Positions 49,582-60,545 of a stretch of 64,000 nucleotides of DNA are shown one piece after another. Below the pieces are notes generated by a model. It was given only the letters and a program-made list of their open reading frames with translations. It ran no database searches and had not been told where the DNA came from. The stretch is taken from positions 1 to 64,000 of the forward strand of contig CBDEFO010000008.1 of NCBI GenBank assembly GCA_965237525.1, read 5' to 3'. Position numbers and translations under genes: made by a program. Position 1 is the stretch's first letter, and every line of letters begins with the position of its first letter. The DNA is from Candidatus Latescibacterota bacterium (GTDB taxonomy: Bacteria; Latescibacterota; CBDEFO01).

Positions 49582-49594
49582 AGTACGTTTCTCC

Positions 49595-50447
49595 TTACAT
49601 GGAAGAGATCCTTGAGTCGAGAAACGCCTTGCTCTCAGTGAGAACCTGCCTGGGGTCTCTTTCATAGCCCCAAGCGAAGGCTTCATACTCGACCGAAATG
49701 TAGCCCGCGCAGTCCACAGCCACTATGGCACCCAGCAGGGCATCGAAATCTATATCACCCATTCCCAGCGGAGGGAACTCAAAGTCCTCCACGTCGCCCC
49801 TGGCATCCTTGATATGTACATGTGCCACGCGCTCGCTCAACGCCCTGTATGCGCCAACTTCATCAGCCCCTCTGATATGGTAGTGGCTCGGGTCAAAGAG
49901 GACCCCCAATTCCTCCAGCCCATCGTAGCTCAGTAGCTCCTGCATCCGGCTCAGGTTATGTACCAAGACCCTAGGCAGCCCCGCTGCTTCGAAAGCCAGC
50001 GTTACGCCCAGAGGAGCTGCAATGGTCATCAGTTCCCGAAGGGCAGCGATCAACCACTCCCACTATTGGCTTTCCCGGCCATAGAAGTCCTTCCGCCCGG
50101 AGCCTACAACGACATATTTCGTTTCGAGATCCGAAGCGAGTTCCACTGCCCCTTTGACAAACTGAAAGTTCATCTGTCTCGTTTCGGGCACGGTGTGGAT
50201 CAAGTTGGTGTGCGCGTTCAAAGCAGCGATGGTTACGCCGGACTGCTCTGCGGCCCTACGGACCAGCCTTCTGGCCTTTGAGTCTGCCTGAGGACTCATG
50301 TGCGGCTCAGGAATCGGCAAGAAGGGGGGGTTGGGCGACCTCCAGACTGATGTCGATGGCCTGGTACCCGACTTCTGCCAACACGTTGATTGCCTCTTCT
50401 ACGCTGTACATACACAAGAGCCCCGAATTGCAGCTTAGACCTTGCAT
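49595..50447 (-). pseudogene. Sugar-phosphate isomerase/epimerase (AP_endonuc_2 TIM barrel), disrupted
   Basis: LAFE, FDPSH, HVHIKD, PLGMGDIDF, ISVEYE. Frameshift in a G-run near 50325 and an in-frame TAG at 50063. Confidence 0.82.
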
Positions 50448-50542
50448 TTGAATATTCCTTCTTCCTATGTTGAATGTTGCTGCAATAAGATCGAATAGTT
50501 TAATAAGTAAGGCACGGTCATTGCTCTATCGGTTGGGTCCAC

Positions 50543-50579
50543 TGTTTACGATTTTAACACATTTTCTCCTTAATGGCAA
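50543..50579 (-). promoter_or_regulatory. Sigma70 promoter with overlapping palindromic operator
   Basis: TTGCCA-17-TAAAAT; TGTTTACGATTTTAACA, shared with sites at 60546 and 49233. Confidence 0.7.
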
Positions 50580-50709
50580 AAGAATTGTAGTGCCCCCCTG
50601 TAAGGATGATCGTTATTCTGTAGATGCGCTGCGTTCGAAGGGAAAAAGGTAAGCCTTCTATTTTTCATCAGTATTTAGATGTTATCGCAGCCACAAGCTG
50701 AGCCAGTGA

Positions 50710-50843
50710 GCATGACGTTTTGGTCATAAGCCGCGTGCGGCCGCGGCAATCAGATCGATTGAATTATTATAGCGTTTTGCAGCGGAGGACGACACCACAA
50801 AGCTATAATAATTTAGCCCGTCGGCTTGATGATCGTGTTAGCC
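50710..50843 (-). other. Integron attC-like recombination site
   Basis: R'' GGCTAAC, 5-nt spacer, L'' CATCAAGC, central hairpin AATTATTATAGC/GCTATAATAATT, L' GCTTATG, degenerate R' GTCATGC. Confidence 0.72.
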
Positions 50844-51335
50844 CGCACCGTCTCCACCAGGGACGACCATGTTGACCGCTTCTGACGGAAATGTATGCTC
50901 GATATACCAATTCTCCGCAGCCGCCCAGCGTTGAATCCCGTCCTCTTTTTCGTTGCGATCTCTCATTCTCTGGACGCACACCTTATGTGGAGTGTCAACG
51001 TAAAGAGAGAAATCGTAAAACGGTTGGAGTTAAGGTCGAAAAGAATAGACCCTTCAACAGTGATGAGACCCTTCGGCTCAACTTGCACCGCTGGCCCAAG
51101 CCGCTGAAGATCCCAATCGTACTGTTCGTATCTGGCAGCCTTCCCCTTTCGTAACGGCTCAAGTTCCTGGGTGCGCAAACGTGGCCAATCGAAGTACCGC
51201 ATGTAAGCTTCTTCAGGTTGAAGCGCGCCTCGTTGTGTTTCGCTCATCACACGATAGAAGTCATCGCCTTCTATGACCTGCGCCTCGATCATGTCACGCA
51301 ACTCCTTGGCGAGCGTCGACTTGCCTGCTCCAACT
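50838..51335 (-). pseudogene. Uridine-kinase-like P-loop gene cassette, decayed
   Basis: GAGKSTLA, EGDDFY, FDWPRL...LEPL, VEG. The shifted frame ends ...VVPGGDGAG with its TAA inside the attC R''. Confidence 0.72.
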
Positions 51336-51546
51336 GCTTGCCGGACTGATCACTTATCTACTTTTGGTACTCTATTTCCAGCAACAACACCAACAACAAC
51401 CTTCTATCCAACGCTTACGCGAGTTGCGTTGGAAGATCTGTCAGGAAGTAAAATCCACAATATATATGCCTATCTACATTATAATACCAACAAATATGAA
51501 ATCACTAATGCTACTCTTATGGTCTAAAATGCATGCAATTTTCTAA

Positions 51547-52431
51547 TCAGAAATTACTGGGTTTGGAGTAGCTAAGATTAGGACGAGGGAAGAAAAATTG
51601 TTCATCGGCTGTTTCGTAAAGAGTTATGCTATCATATTTCAGGTGATGTAGCTGAGGCCAGTGGTCCGGCTCATTACCCATTACCATGCGGTGTTCAAAA
51701 GAAAGCAAAAGGCCATCAATATTGCGGTAGTCCATGTAACTGATTGTTGCGACAACAAAGCTGCCTTGGTCTCTCACCGAAAACGTCATATAATCCAATC
51801 GTTCTGTTTCACGGGAAATCCACAATACATACTGGTCAATAGTCTTCTTGGGCTCAAAACCATCCCAGGTTGCCATCACAAGATCATAAATCTTTCCTTC
51901 CCATTCTCTCTCACCAATTAATGCAACTGTATTGGCCTCCTGAATGCGGAATGGTAATAACAAAAAGTAGGGCCCGGTGGCCACATAAAAAAACACACCG
52001 AAATCTTGCTCAAATACAGGCTCTTCCCCAGGTTCTATCTTATAACATGCCCAGTTCTGTAGTCCCCACTGCTTGCCCTGCCGAGGGCCATCCAGGAACT
52101 CCCACCGACCATTATCCGTCCCAAGCAAAGTTGTCATCTTTATTCGCTGTGGGTAGTGCGAATAATAGCCAAACATCCAGCGATAGGGTGCAAATGTGAT
52201 GTTGTGTGTTACCACTGCCTCACTTGTCTTGTATTTTTCCCAATGCGATTTCCCCCCATGTGTAAGAAGCATTTTGTTAAGAATGTCCCGTCCCTTTTTC
52301 TCTTCAGCGGTAGTGGGATCATGCATTTGTATGCTTTCCGGCAAAGGGATGGAAACCTTCCGCATTATCATTCCAAAAATCAATGCCATGAGTGCTATGG
52401 ATGCCAGGCCAATAATGATTTTTTTTCTCAT
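51547..52431 (-). CDS. Hypothetical exported or membrane-anchored protein
   Basis: 294-aa ORF with N-terminal TM/signal and AAGGA RBS; lower GC than neighbours. Confidence 0.7.
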   Translation of the reverse strand: MRKKIIIGLASIALMALIFGMIMRKVSIPLPESIQMHDPTTAEEKKGRDILNKMLLTHGGKSHWEKYKTSEAVVTHNITFAPYRWMFGYYSHYPQRIKMTTLLGTDNGRWEFLDGPRQGKQWGLQNWACYKIEPGEEPVFEQDFGVFFYVATGPYFLLLPFRIQEANTVALIGEREWEGKIYDLVMATWDGFEPKKTIDQYVLWISRETERLDYMTFSVRDQGSFVVATISYMDYRNIDGLLLSFEHRMVMGNEPDHWPQLHHLKYDSITLYETADEQFFFPRPNLSYSKPSNF

Positions 52432-52450
52432 CTTATATTCCTTTAATCAT

Positions 52451-53336
52451 TTAACCTCTGAACTCGGCAATATGTGCTCGAACGAACTCCTCCAACGCCT
52501 GCGGCGACTGGCCACCGATTTTTTCCACCACGTCAGTTTCAGCACTGAAGACACCATCTTGATGGTCTTGAGCCACCGCCGCCAGATGGGTCGCCAGGAA
52601 CTCGGGGAAGCCGACCTTTTCCACTAGCACCCGACGCCACTCAGCAATCGGCAGGTTCACGTACTCGACGGGTCTGTCGAGTTCCTTCGCAAGCACCTCG
52701 GCTATTTCCGCGATCGTCATGTCCCGGGGGCCGGTGAGGATGTAATGCTGACCGACGTGGGGTTCTGGATCCGCCAGAATCCCGACGACGACCCGCGCGA
52801 TGTCCTCGGCCGTTACCGGTGCATGCTTCCCATCACCAAACGGAAGAACTAACTTGCCCGCTTCAGCAATGCTTGGGCCGCTGAACAGATAAAGGTCTTC
52901 CGCAAAGAAGGTCGGGTGAATGTGTGAGGCGCCGATTTTGGCCCAGTCCAGTACCTGTTCCGACAACCAATGGTGGCGGGCCAGGGGGCTCGCGGCTTTC
53001 TCCCGCGCAGAGAGACATATTGACGAGCGCCTCCACGCCCGCATCGCGGGCCGCTACGGCCACGTTGGTGGCGGCTTCGAGCAACCGATCACCCTGAGGT
53101 GGGTAACAGAAGTAGATTCGCTTGACGCCCTGCATGGCAGATCGGACTGACTGGAGGTCCAAAAAGTCGCCCTGGAGTATCTCGGCCCCGAGCGCTTCCA
53201 GTCGCTCCGACCGTTCATCAATCCGGTGCACGAACGCCCGCACAGGCAATTCAAGCGCCAAGAGCTGCTCGACTACAGGGTTACCTGTTTTTCCAGTGGC
53301 TCCGGTAACCAGGATTATTGGCTTAGACATGATCAT
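52451..53336 (-). pseudogene. NmrA-family NAD(P)-binding protein, frameshift near 53010
   Basis: ILVTGATGKTG; second frame HWLSEQVLDW...PTFFAE...APVTAEDIARV. Confidence 0.85.
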
Positions 53337-53592
53337 TCCTCCTTATTAAATTAGTTAGCATAATGTCATGTCGATTAAGGCATTCGTTTCAAAATTTAAT
53401 TTTTTTATCTCTTCGCATCCACGGCAAGGCCGCTGTACCATTTGGCAAGTTCCGAACCAATAAGATGCGTCTTTCGATGTCGATCGGCGCCATCGTTTGG
53501 CTCGGTACTCCGATCGTCTCTGCAGGAATTAGTGGATGGGCCTGATTCAGAAATTCCCTGGCGGCACATAGGGTCTAAATTGTGAGTGTCGC

Positions 53593-54711
53593 CTACCTAA
53601 ACCAGTCGTAATTGAGCCTCAGTGAGCGGTCTTCAAGCGGCAGGTCGACTCGCACGCCCCCCTGGACTGCAGACTGCTTCAGGGCGATCTCTACCTCAAG
53701 AGCCACGGCGACCCTTCTGCCGGAGTTCTTGGGCTCATCAAGCTTGCCTTCCAGACAGGCTAAGACATCCGCAACCCCGTAAACAGCACCAAATGGCCCT
53801 TTCATCTGAGATACCATCTGGGGCTCCGGCCACGGTATCTCCACCCGGTGTCTGCCAGCGGGGGTATCTATGTCCTGCCACAGTCTCCATATCCCGCTGT
53901 GGACAAGCTCTCCGGAAGATCCGGACACGCGGACAGAAGGGGCCCCCTTTCGGAAGTGAACGACGAGGCCGTCTACGGTTCCCATCATCCCTTCACCCCT
54001 GAACTCATCGCTGCCCGATTCGGTTCGCTCCTGGTCCCCGACGCCGAAGGCCCAGGCAGGAGCGCTTTCCACAAAGTACGACCACTGCTGATTCTGGGAA
54101 ATTGGAACACCTGGCGCCTCGATGGAGATGACATCGCCTATGGCCCCACTTGTAACCAGTTCCTTTGCCCTGCCAAAAGAGGGATGATTGGTGATGAGAG
54201 AACCACAGCAGAGAGGCACACCGGCATCCACGCACGTCTTGACCATCCGGTCGGCCTCCTCAAGAGTGTGCGCCATGGGCTTTTCCGTCATGATCCCCTT
54301 GGCGCCGCACTGGACGGCCAGGCAGGTCAGGTCAGCGCGGAACTTGGTGTTCGTGGAGATGATTAAGATATCCAGCTTTTCCTCCTTAAGCATCTGCTCA
54401 GCGTCTGTGTAGAGAGCCTCAACGCCGTAGCGCTCCTCAAAGGCCTTTAACCGCTTTCGGTCGCGGTCTGCACCGGCCACCAGATCGACATCCGGACGAT
54501 CCCACAGCGCCTCAGCGTAGGTGCTGGGTACACGTTCTTGTCCAGGGTGATCGTGGTAGTGGAATTTCCGGTGGATGTCAAGTTCAGGCGTTGGACGATC
54601 AACATTGTCGATGTCGAAGCGGTCGGAGATGCGATCAGCCATGTCGTAGAGCATTCCCATCCATCCCAACCCGATAATTCCCGCGCTATAGTTTGCCATG
54701 GTAACCCTCAT
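53593..54711 (-). CDS. Gfo/Idh/MocA oxidoreductase, copy 1
   Basis: GIIGLGWMG, EKPMA, GAIGDV. Confidence 0.9.
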   Translation of the reverse strand: MRVTMANYSAGIIGLGWMGMLYDMADRISDRFDIDNVDRPTPELDIHRKFHYHDHPGQERVPSTYAEALWDRPDVDLVAGADRDRKRLKAFEERYGVEALYTDAEQMLKEEKLDILIISTNTKFRADLTCLAVQCGAKGIMTEKPMAHTLEEADRMVKTCVDAGVPLCCGSLITNHPSFGRAKELVTSGAIGDVISIEAPGVPISQNQQWSYFVESAPAWAFGVGDQERTESGSDEFRGEGMMGTVDGLVVHFRKGAPSVRVSGSSGELVHSGIWRLWQDIDTPAGRHRVEIPWPEPQMVSQMKGPFGAVYGVADVLACLEGKLDEPKNSGRRVAVALEVEIALKQSAVQGGVRVDLPLEDRSLRLNYDWFR

Positions 54712-54805
54712 TCTCTTCTTCGTAAGACTATTACTATGATTTCGTGGGTGAGGCTTGATTCAGAAATTCCCTGGCGGCGCATAGGGTCTAAATTGTGTGT
54801 GTCGC

Positions 54806-55924
54806 CTACCTAAACCAGTCGTAATTGAGCCTCAGTGAGCGGTCTTCAAGCGGCAGGTCGACTCGCACGCCCCCCTGGACTGCAGACTGCTTCAGGGCGA
54901 TCTCTACCTCAAGAGCCACGGCGACCCTTCTGCCGGAGTTCTTGGGTTCATCAAGCTTGCCTTCCACGCAGTCTAAGATATCCGCAACCCCGTAAACAGC
55001 ACCAAGTGGCCCTTTGATCTGAGATACCATCTGAGGCTCCGGCCAGGGTATCTCCACCCGCTGTCTGCCAGCGGGGGTATCTATGTTCTGCCACAGGCTC
55101 CATATCCCGCTGTGGACAAGCTGTCCGGAAGAGCCGGAGACCCGGACAGAAGGTGCCCCCTTTCGGAAGTGAACGACGAGGCCGTCTGCGGTTCCCATCA
55201 TCCCTTCACCTTTGAACTCATCGCTGCCCGATTCGGCTCGCTCCTGCTTCCCGACGCCGATGACCCAGGCAGGAGCGCTGTCCACAAAGTAGGACCACTG
55301 CTGATTCTGGGAAATTGTAACAGGGTGGGCTTCGATCGAGATGACATCTCCTATGGCGCCGCTCACCACCAGTTCCTTTGCCCTGCCAAAAGAGGGATGA
55401 TTGGTGACGATACCACCGCAGCAGAGAGGCACACCGGCATCAGCGCACGTCTTGACCATCCGGTCGGCCTCCTCAAGAGTGTGGGCCATGGGCTTTTCCG
55501 TAATGATCCCCTTAGCGCCGCACTCAACGGCCAGGCAGGTCAGGTAAGCGCGGACGTTGGTGTTGGTGGAGACAATTAAGATGTCCAGCTTTTCCTTCTG
55601 GAGCATCTCCTCCGCGTCTGTGTAGAGAGCCTCAACGCCGTAGCACTCCTCGAAGGCCATTAACCGCTTCCGGTCGCGGTCTGCACCAGCCACCAGATCG
55701 ACATCCGACCGATCCCACAGCGCCTCAGCGTAGGTGCTGGGTACACGCTCCTTTCCAGGGTGATCGTGGTAGTGGAATTTCCGGTGGATGTCAAGTTCAG
55801 GCGTTGGACGATCAACATCGTCGATGTCGAAGCGGTCGGAGATGCGATCGGCCATGTCGTAGAGCATTCCCATCCATCCCAACCCGATAATTCCCGCGCG
55901 ATAGTTTGCCATGGTAACCCTCAT
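54806..55924 (-). CDS. Gfo/Idh/MocA oxidoreductase, copy 2
   Basis: Tandem paralogue offset by 1213 bp; same length from MRVTMANY. Confidence 0.9.
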   Translation of the reverse strand: MRVTMANYRAGIIGLGWMGMLYDMADRISDRFDIDDVDRPTPELDIHRKFHYHDHPGKERVPSTYAEALWDRSDVDLVAGADRDRKRLMAFEECYGVEALYTDAEEMLQKEKLDILIVSTNTNVRAYLTCLAVECGAKGIITEKPMAHTLEEADRMVKTCADAGVPLCCGGIVTNHPSFGRAKELVVSGAIGDVISIEAHPVTISQNQQWSYFVDSAPAWVIGVGKQERAESGSDEFKGEGMMGTADGLVVHFRKGAPSVRVSGSSGQLVHSGIWSLWQNIDTPAGRQRVEIPWPEPQMVSQIKGPLGAVYGVADILDCVEGKLDEPKNSGRRVAVALEVEIALKQSAVQGGVRVDLPLEDRSLRLNYDWFR

Positions 55925-56223
55925 TTTCTCCTGCGTAAGACAACTGTTATTGTGGGATACTATACTCTGATTTCTTCCCAGAAAGTTGTTCCGCGATAGA
56001 ATCAATCGGGGATGCCAAGCTTCGCCTGCGACGGGCAGTCAACGCTCGACCTTAATGGGGACCAATTTTGCGGTGCTTTCTCCTACACAAGCCGTCAGTA
56101 GTCAGGGCACAAGCGGCGGCAGTTAAGTTTCTGTCAAGCAGTTGTTGCAAGTTAAGCGTCATCGTTAGCTATCTTCTGTAGAGCGTCCAAATAGGTTTAC
56201 GCCCGATTAGATCTGTCCGGGGT

Positions 56224-57726
56224 CTACGATTCCGGTGGGTAGTTCAAGGTCGACGCATACGGACCGTGTTCCACGGCGATTTCCACATCTTCAATTATCA
56301 CTCCACCTTCGAACCCGTCAGGTCTCTTCTCCAGCGACACCTCTAACAGGTTCTGGCCTTTCTGCGGGCGTTCCCCTTCCAGGCGAAATTCCAACCACTG
56401 ACCGGGGTACGGAACATTACTATCTGTGATCTTATGTGTTCCACCAAAGGTGCGCGTGCAAGTCTCATGAGATAGAGACCTCCCGTTCAGCAGGATCGCA
56501 AGGTTGTCCGCCGTCACCAGATTACTCACGTTGATCTTAAGTCGTACTTCACGCACGCGTTCAGAAGATCCTTGCATATCATCTGATATATAGAACGGGA
56601 TCTTATAGCTTATGTTCGGGTCAGCAGACGGGATTTGGATCGGCAGTGCCGCATCGTAGACAAGCCCGGAACCTGCCGCATTTTCGCAGCGCCTCGGCAG
56701 GACATAGTGCTTTCCCCCTTCTTTTGATAGTTCAGGATTGCCTATCTCCGTGAGAATTCTGCGTTCTGAATCTCCTAATGGCCACTTCAAGAACCAGGTG
56801 TAGAGACCATCGGCGCCTCGATCCCAGAAGTTTCCCGCAGCAGCCCGCATCATCTCAGGCGTGGCGTACTTTCTGAGGTGAGATCCTACGCTCTCGTCTT
56901 CTGACCAGGGTTGAAGCACTGGGTAGACAGATGCGCTGTCGTTTTGATGAGCCGATTGAATGAGCCAATCGATGGGCATGTCAGGTTCGAGTATAAAGTA
57001 GCCGTACAAAAACGGCACCACAAAGTCAACGATTCCCTCCTCAAACCACGTGCGCACATCCAATCCCGCCTCAAGACACATCTTTTCGGTGGGGAATACT
57101 CGAGCACCGATCTGACCGGGCTTGCCGGGCCTGTTCCGGACCATGTGAGAAATCTTACCGATGTACTCTGTCATCAGCGGTGTGTGCTTTTCCGCTTCAT
57201 CGGGCTTGAAGAAGAACGGGGGAGCGCAAAAGTCCAGCTCGACTCCCTCTACAGAATAGTCTGTGGCGAGTTCCTCAAGGACTGCGAACTGATGATCGCG
57301 CGCCTCTGGATGAGCAAAGTTCAGACAGCCCTCCATCGGTCCGGGAACGCCGATCTGATAGCTTGGGTCGCTGCCACTGAAGGCTCCCATGCGCAGGCTT
57401 GCGAAAAAGTCTATACCTGCCTCATGCGCCCTGTCGATGAGCACAGTTAGTGGGTCGAGGCCCCTGTCAATAAGGCTCTGCATATTCTCCGATGCACGCC
57501 ACGCATACGCATCTTTGAATGGGCGCTGCTTTGCGTCCCATCTTAGTCCAACCTTGGATGGGTAGAAGAGTCCGCCGCTTGAGACGCCGTAGCTGAATGT
57601 GTCAACGGCAGTGCCTGCCACTTCGTCTATCGGTCTCCAGGCGTCCTCCAACTGCATGGGCGGCTCAAAGGCGTACAGGTAGTAATGCCGCGCATCATTA
57701 AAGTAGATCGTTCGACGTCGTCTCAT
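56224..57726 (-). CDS. Glycosyl-hydrolase-like 10 (DUF187-type) TIM-barrel protein
   Basis: IYFND, FFASLRM, NFAHPEAR, GVELDF, GADGLY. Confidence 0.65.
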   Translation of the reverse strand: MRRRRTIYFNDARHYYLYAFEPPMQLEDAWRPIDEVAGTAVDTFSYGVSSGGLFYPSKVGLRWDAKQRPFKDAYAWRASENMQSLIDRGLDPLTVLIDRAHEAGIDFFASLRMGAFSGSDPSYQIGVPGPMEGCLNFAHPEARDHQFAVLEELATDYSVEGVELDFCAPPFFFKPDEAEKHTPLMTEYIGKISHMVRNRPGKPGQIGARVFPTEKMCLEAGLDVRTWFEEGIVDFVVPFLYGYFILEPDMPIDWLIQSAHQNDSASVYPVLQPWSEDESVGSHLRKYATPEMMRAAAGNFWDRGADGLYTWFLKWPLGDSERRILTEIGNPELSKEGGKHYVLPRRCENAAGSGLVYDAALPIQIPSADPNISYKIPFYISDDMQGSSERVREVRLKINVSNLVTADNLAILLNGRSLSHETCTRTFGGTHKITDSNVPYPGQWLEFRLEGERPQKGQNLLEVSLEKRPDGFEGGVIIEDVEIAVEHGPYASTLNYPPES

Positions 57727-58087
57727 AGGTGATCTCCTCTCTTTGTCGATTCCCCACCAGCCTATGACTTAATTCAGTATTGTGATTCCTCGCCATAACC
57801 TGAGAAAACTGGACTCCCATTGTGGCATCCTCTGCTGTGTTACCCTCACTTTCTCGTTCCTTATACGATGTATTATGCTACAGACTATTGCCCCCAGATT
57901 CCTTCCCAAGAAGCTCTTCGCCGATAGAATCAATGATAGAATCAATCGGGGATGGCGAGCGTCGCCTGCGACACCGAGTTGATATTCGACCTTTTTGGGG
58001 GCCGTCTGCCGTTTCTGTCTCTGACAGACGCGGAGTGCACACTTCGCCGCCTCCTTACAGTCAAAGAGGCAACCAGCCGGCGTCTTT

Positions 58088-60463
58088 CTATGCGTCCTCG
58101 GGCCGCGTCGCAGCGAAGATATCTTCACCTTCGGTATCCTCTCCAGCCGCGAAGGTCATTGAAATCCCCACGCTGGAATCTCTGCCCGCTTCTATTACTC
58201 TACCGACAAACCCATCCGGGCCACAGAGCGCGCTTAAGTCCTGCCCGGCCAGCGCTGCCGGCATCGCCCACAAGAGCATATTTTGATTGTAATCGGTTCC
58301 GAACGTCCATTCGCCCGTGTCACAGCGAATAAGGTTAGGTAGATCCCAGGGATGGGGATGTCTTATCACGTTGTTGTAGAGGCACTTACGTACGATCTCG
58401 AGCCCGGTTTCGCGATCCCCCTTGTAGATGTAGGTCATCCCCACAAGGTAGGTTTGCGGGGGAAAGATTCCGTAGCTGGTCAACTGGGGTGTCCCATCTG
58501 CGTCAGCAAAACCGACGGCGCCGCCAATCTCGACCAGACAGGTTCGCTTGATGGTTGTCAGCCCCTGTTCCACCCGCTCGGCACGAAATACGCCAGGCAG
58601 ACCGTGGAGGTGGTTCGCCCACTCGCCGTCAAATTGGCTTGCCATAATCTCGTCAGAGATCTTTCCCCGCTCCGGATCGCTATAGCGAAGATAGGACAGG
58701 GTCTTATCATTCCACAGATTCTCTTCCAGCGCCCTGCTCCCCTGATCAAACCACTGTTGGCACTGATCGGCAAACTGCCTGTCTTTCATCTTCTCCGCCA
58801 TGCGCTGAGCTATCTTCAGATTCGACAGACGCAGGCCGGCCACGTGAGCGCACATGCCGTACCAGTCCATATGCTCGTACCAGTGCTTTGGGGTTCCGCT
58901 GAACTTTCCGCCGGCCGGATCGAACGTGACGCTGATGACGCCCTCCGGCCCGGGAACCTGGTTCATCGTCCAGGTGGTGCTCTTTTTCACGGCAGGGTAG
59001 AACTCGGAAACAACGGTGTCATCCGCCGTGCATTGCCAGAGGCGATCCACCATATCCACAAAACAGACGCCGTTGAGCGGGGCCTGGTACTCATAGAGAG
59101 AAAATCGAGGTATCAGCTCCATTTCACTGCCAAGTGTGAACGGAGGAGCCCCGTCCTCCCGCATAAACTCTGTAAAGCCCTTTAGGGTTGACCTGGCCAG
59201 TTCGGGGAAGAAGTAATTGAGGGGCAAGTTGCCATACCAACTGCAGGGAATACACTCGATGTTGGCACACGAACGAGGGCTCTCGTATTGTCCATAGACA
59301 CCGCCTGGGAATCTTGAGTCGCCCAGGGGAGGCTGGGGCAGGGCCCAGATACTGGTCTCGGTCATCAGGCAGAGGTGGTTGATCAGGGAGTCGCTCAGCC
59401 AGCCGGGAATCTCCCGCTCGCCGTAGATCGCGCCTTGCCAGGCAAGGATCCGCTTGAGAAGCGAAGCATGGTCCGCTGCCAGGCGGCGGGCAACGTCCAG
59501 GCTGTTACGATACCGAATAGTGTACATTTGTCTGTAACAGTTGCCCTTTTCGCCCTGCCATTGGGGAGCATACCAGGCCAGCACAACGCGCGCTGTTCTT
59601 GCTTCATCCGGTTGCAGATCGAAGTCAATCGCAAGAGATGCTCCCGGATCGTCGGCTGACGCCGCGGGCTGTTGGGACGAAATCTTAGTCCAGGCAGCCC
59701 CGTCCGCGCCGAGACTCCCTCCCAGACGCGGGGCCTCCTCTCCGATCACACCCAGCACGTAACCTACATCGCCCTCACCGGTCACCTGCACTCCACGGAC
59801 TCCTTCCGCCACATCTTCCCGCCGAAACCGCTTTGTGCCCGCCTCCTCTTCGGTTGGTCCAGAGAAGTCGAAGGCAACCGCCCCCTGACAGCGCGTGCCC
59901 GACGTGTTGCGCAAGTGAATCTCGAAGATGGCGCCGGGTATACTGGAGGCGGCCAGATCACCCGGGATAAAAGGCGCCCACGCGCGTAGCCCCACACTCA
60001 CCGGAGCATCCGTCTCGTATTCCAGATCGGCCACCGGATAGTGACCCCAGTAATGGATCTCTCGGGCGCACTTTACGCCTTCTATCGGAGATGTCTGCAC
60101 TGTCCAGTCTTCATCAACCACCTTGTTGGCAGCGCGCGGTCGCGTACACGCCTGCAAGGCGCCACCCCTTATTACCTTCTCCGTCGCAAGGACCCAGACC
60201 TCCTCACCCACGGACAGACCCAACAGGGGCGAAAAGCGGGGTTTCTGACGCGGGACAAACGAGTTGAATATCGTGTTAAACCCTATGACACCTGATCCGT
60301 CAATGTCGAGACACCCCGTACCTATTCCACCCACCGGTACCCCGCAACAGGGTGGCCGCTGGTTTCGATAGATCACTCCGCACACCGGCTCGGAGAACCC
60401 CAGAGCGGAGAATTCCGTCCACTCCAGTTCGGTAAGATCAGTGGGGAACAATTTCTGGAACAT
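58088..60463 (-). CDS. GH116 family glycosidase
   Basis: GVPVGGIGTG, YWGHYPVADL, WAPFIPGD, YES, LWN, SQFDGEW. Confidence 0.85.
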   Translation of the reverse strand: MFQKLFPTDLTELEWTEFSALGFSEPVCGVIYRNQRPPCCGVPVGGIGTGCLDIDGSGVIGFNTIFNSFVPRQKPRFSPLLGLSVGEEVWVLATEKVIRGGALQACTRPRAANKVVDEDWTVQTSPIEGVKCAREIHYWGHYPVADLEYETDAPVSVGLRAWAPFIPGDLAASSIPGAIFEIHLRNTSGTRCQGAVAFDFSGPTEEEAGTKRFRREDVAEGVRGVQVTGEGDVGYVLGVIGEEAPRLGGSLGADGAAWTKISSQQPAASADDPGASLAIDFDLQPDEARTARVVLAWYAPQWQGEKGNCYRQMYTIRYRNSLDVARRLAADHASLLKRILAWQGAIYGEREIPGWLSDSLINHLCLMTETSIWALPQPPLGDSRFPGGVYGQYESPRSCANIECIPCSWYGNLPLNYFFPELARSTLKGFTEFMREDGAPPFTLGSEMELIPRFSLYEYQAPLNGVCFVDMVDRLWQCTADDTVVSEFYPAVKKSTTWTMNQVPGPEGVISVTFDPAGGKFSGTPKHWYEHMDWYGMCAHVAGLRLSNLKIAQRMAEKMKDRQFADQCQQWFDQGSRALEENLWNDKTLSYLRYSDPERGKISDEIMASQFDGEWANHLHGLPGVFRAERVEQGLTTIKRTCLVEIGGAVGFADADGTPQLTSYGIFPPQTYLVGMTYIYKGDRETGLEIVRKCLYNNVIRHPHPWDLPNLIRCDTGEWTFGTDYNQNMLLWAMPAALAGQDLSALCGPDGFVGRVIEAGRDSSVGISMTFAAGEDTEGEDIFAATRPEDA

Positions 60464-60545
60464 CCTGAACTCCCTTCGGTATCTTAAATCAGAGACAGCA
60501 ATAATTAAAGTTTGGCAGCTTGTGCTACCAACACCGAAAAAGAAC

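Noticed and set aside
19907..50065. Genome-wide amber recoding or pyrrolysine, suggested by in-frame TAGs in the E2 and isomerase genes
   Set aside because: TAG is the evident true stop of several genes (E2 end, tonB, both Gfo copies), no pyl genes are present, and the isomerase is also frameshifted.
56130..56175. Second attC (AGCTAAC... on the minus strand)
   Set aside because: No matching L'/R' arm found.
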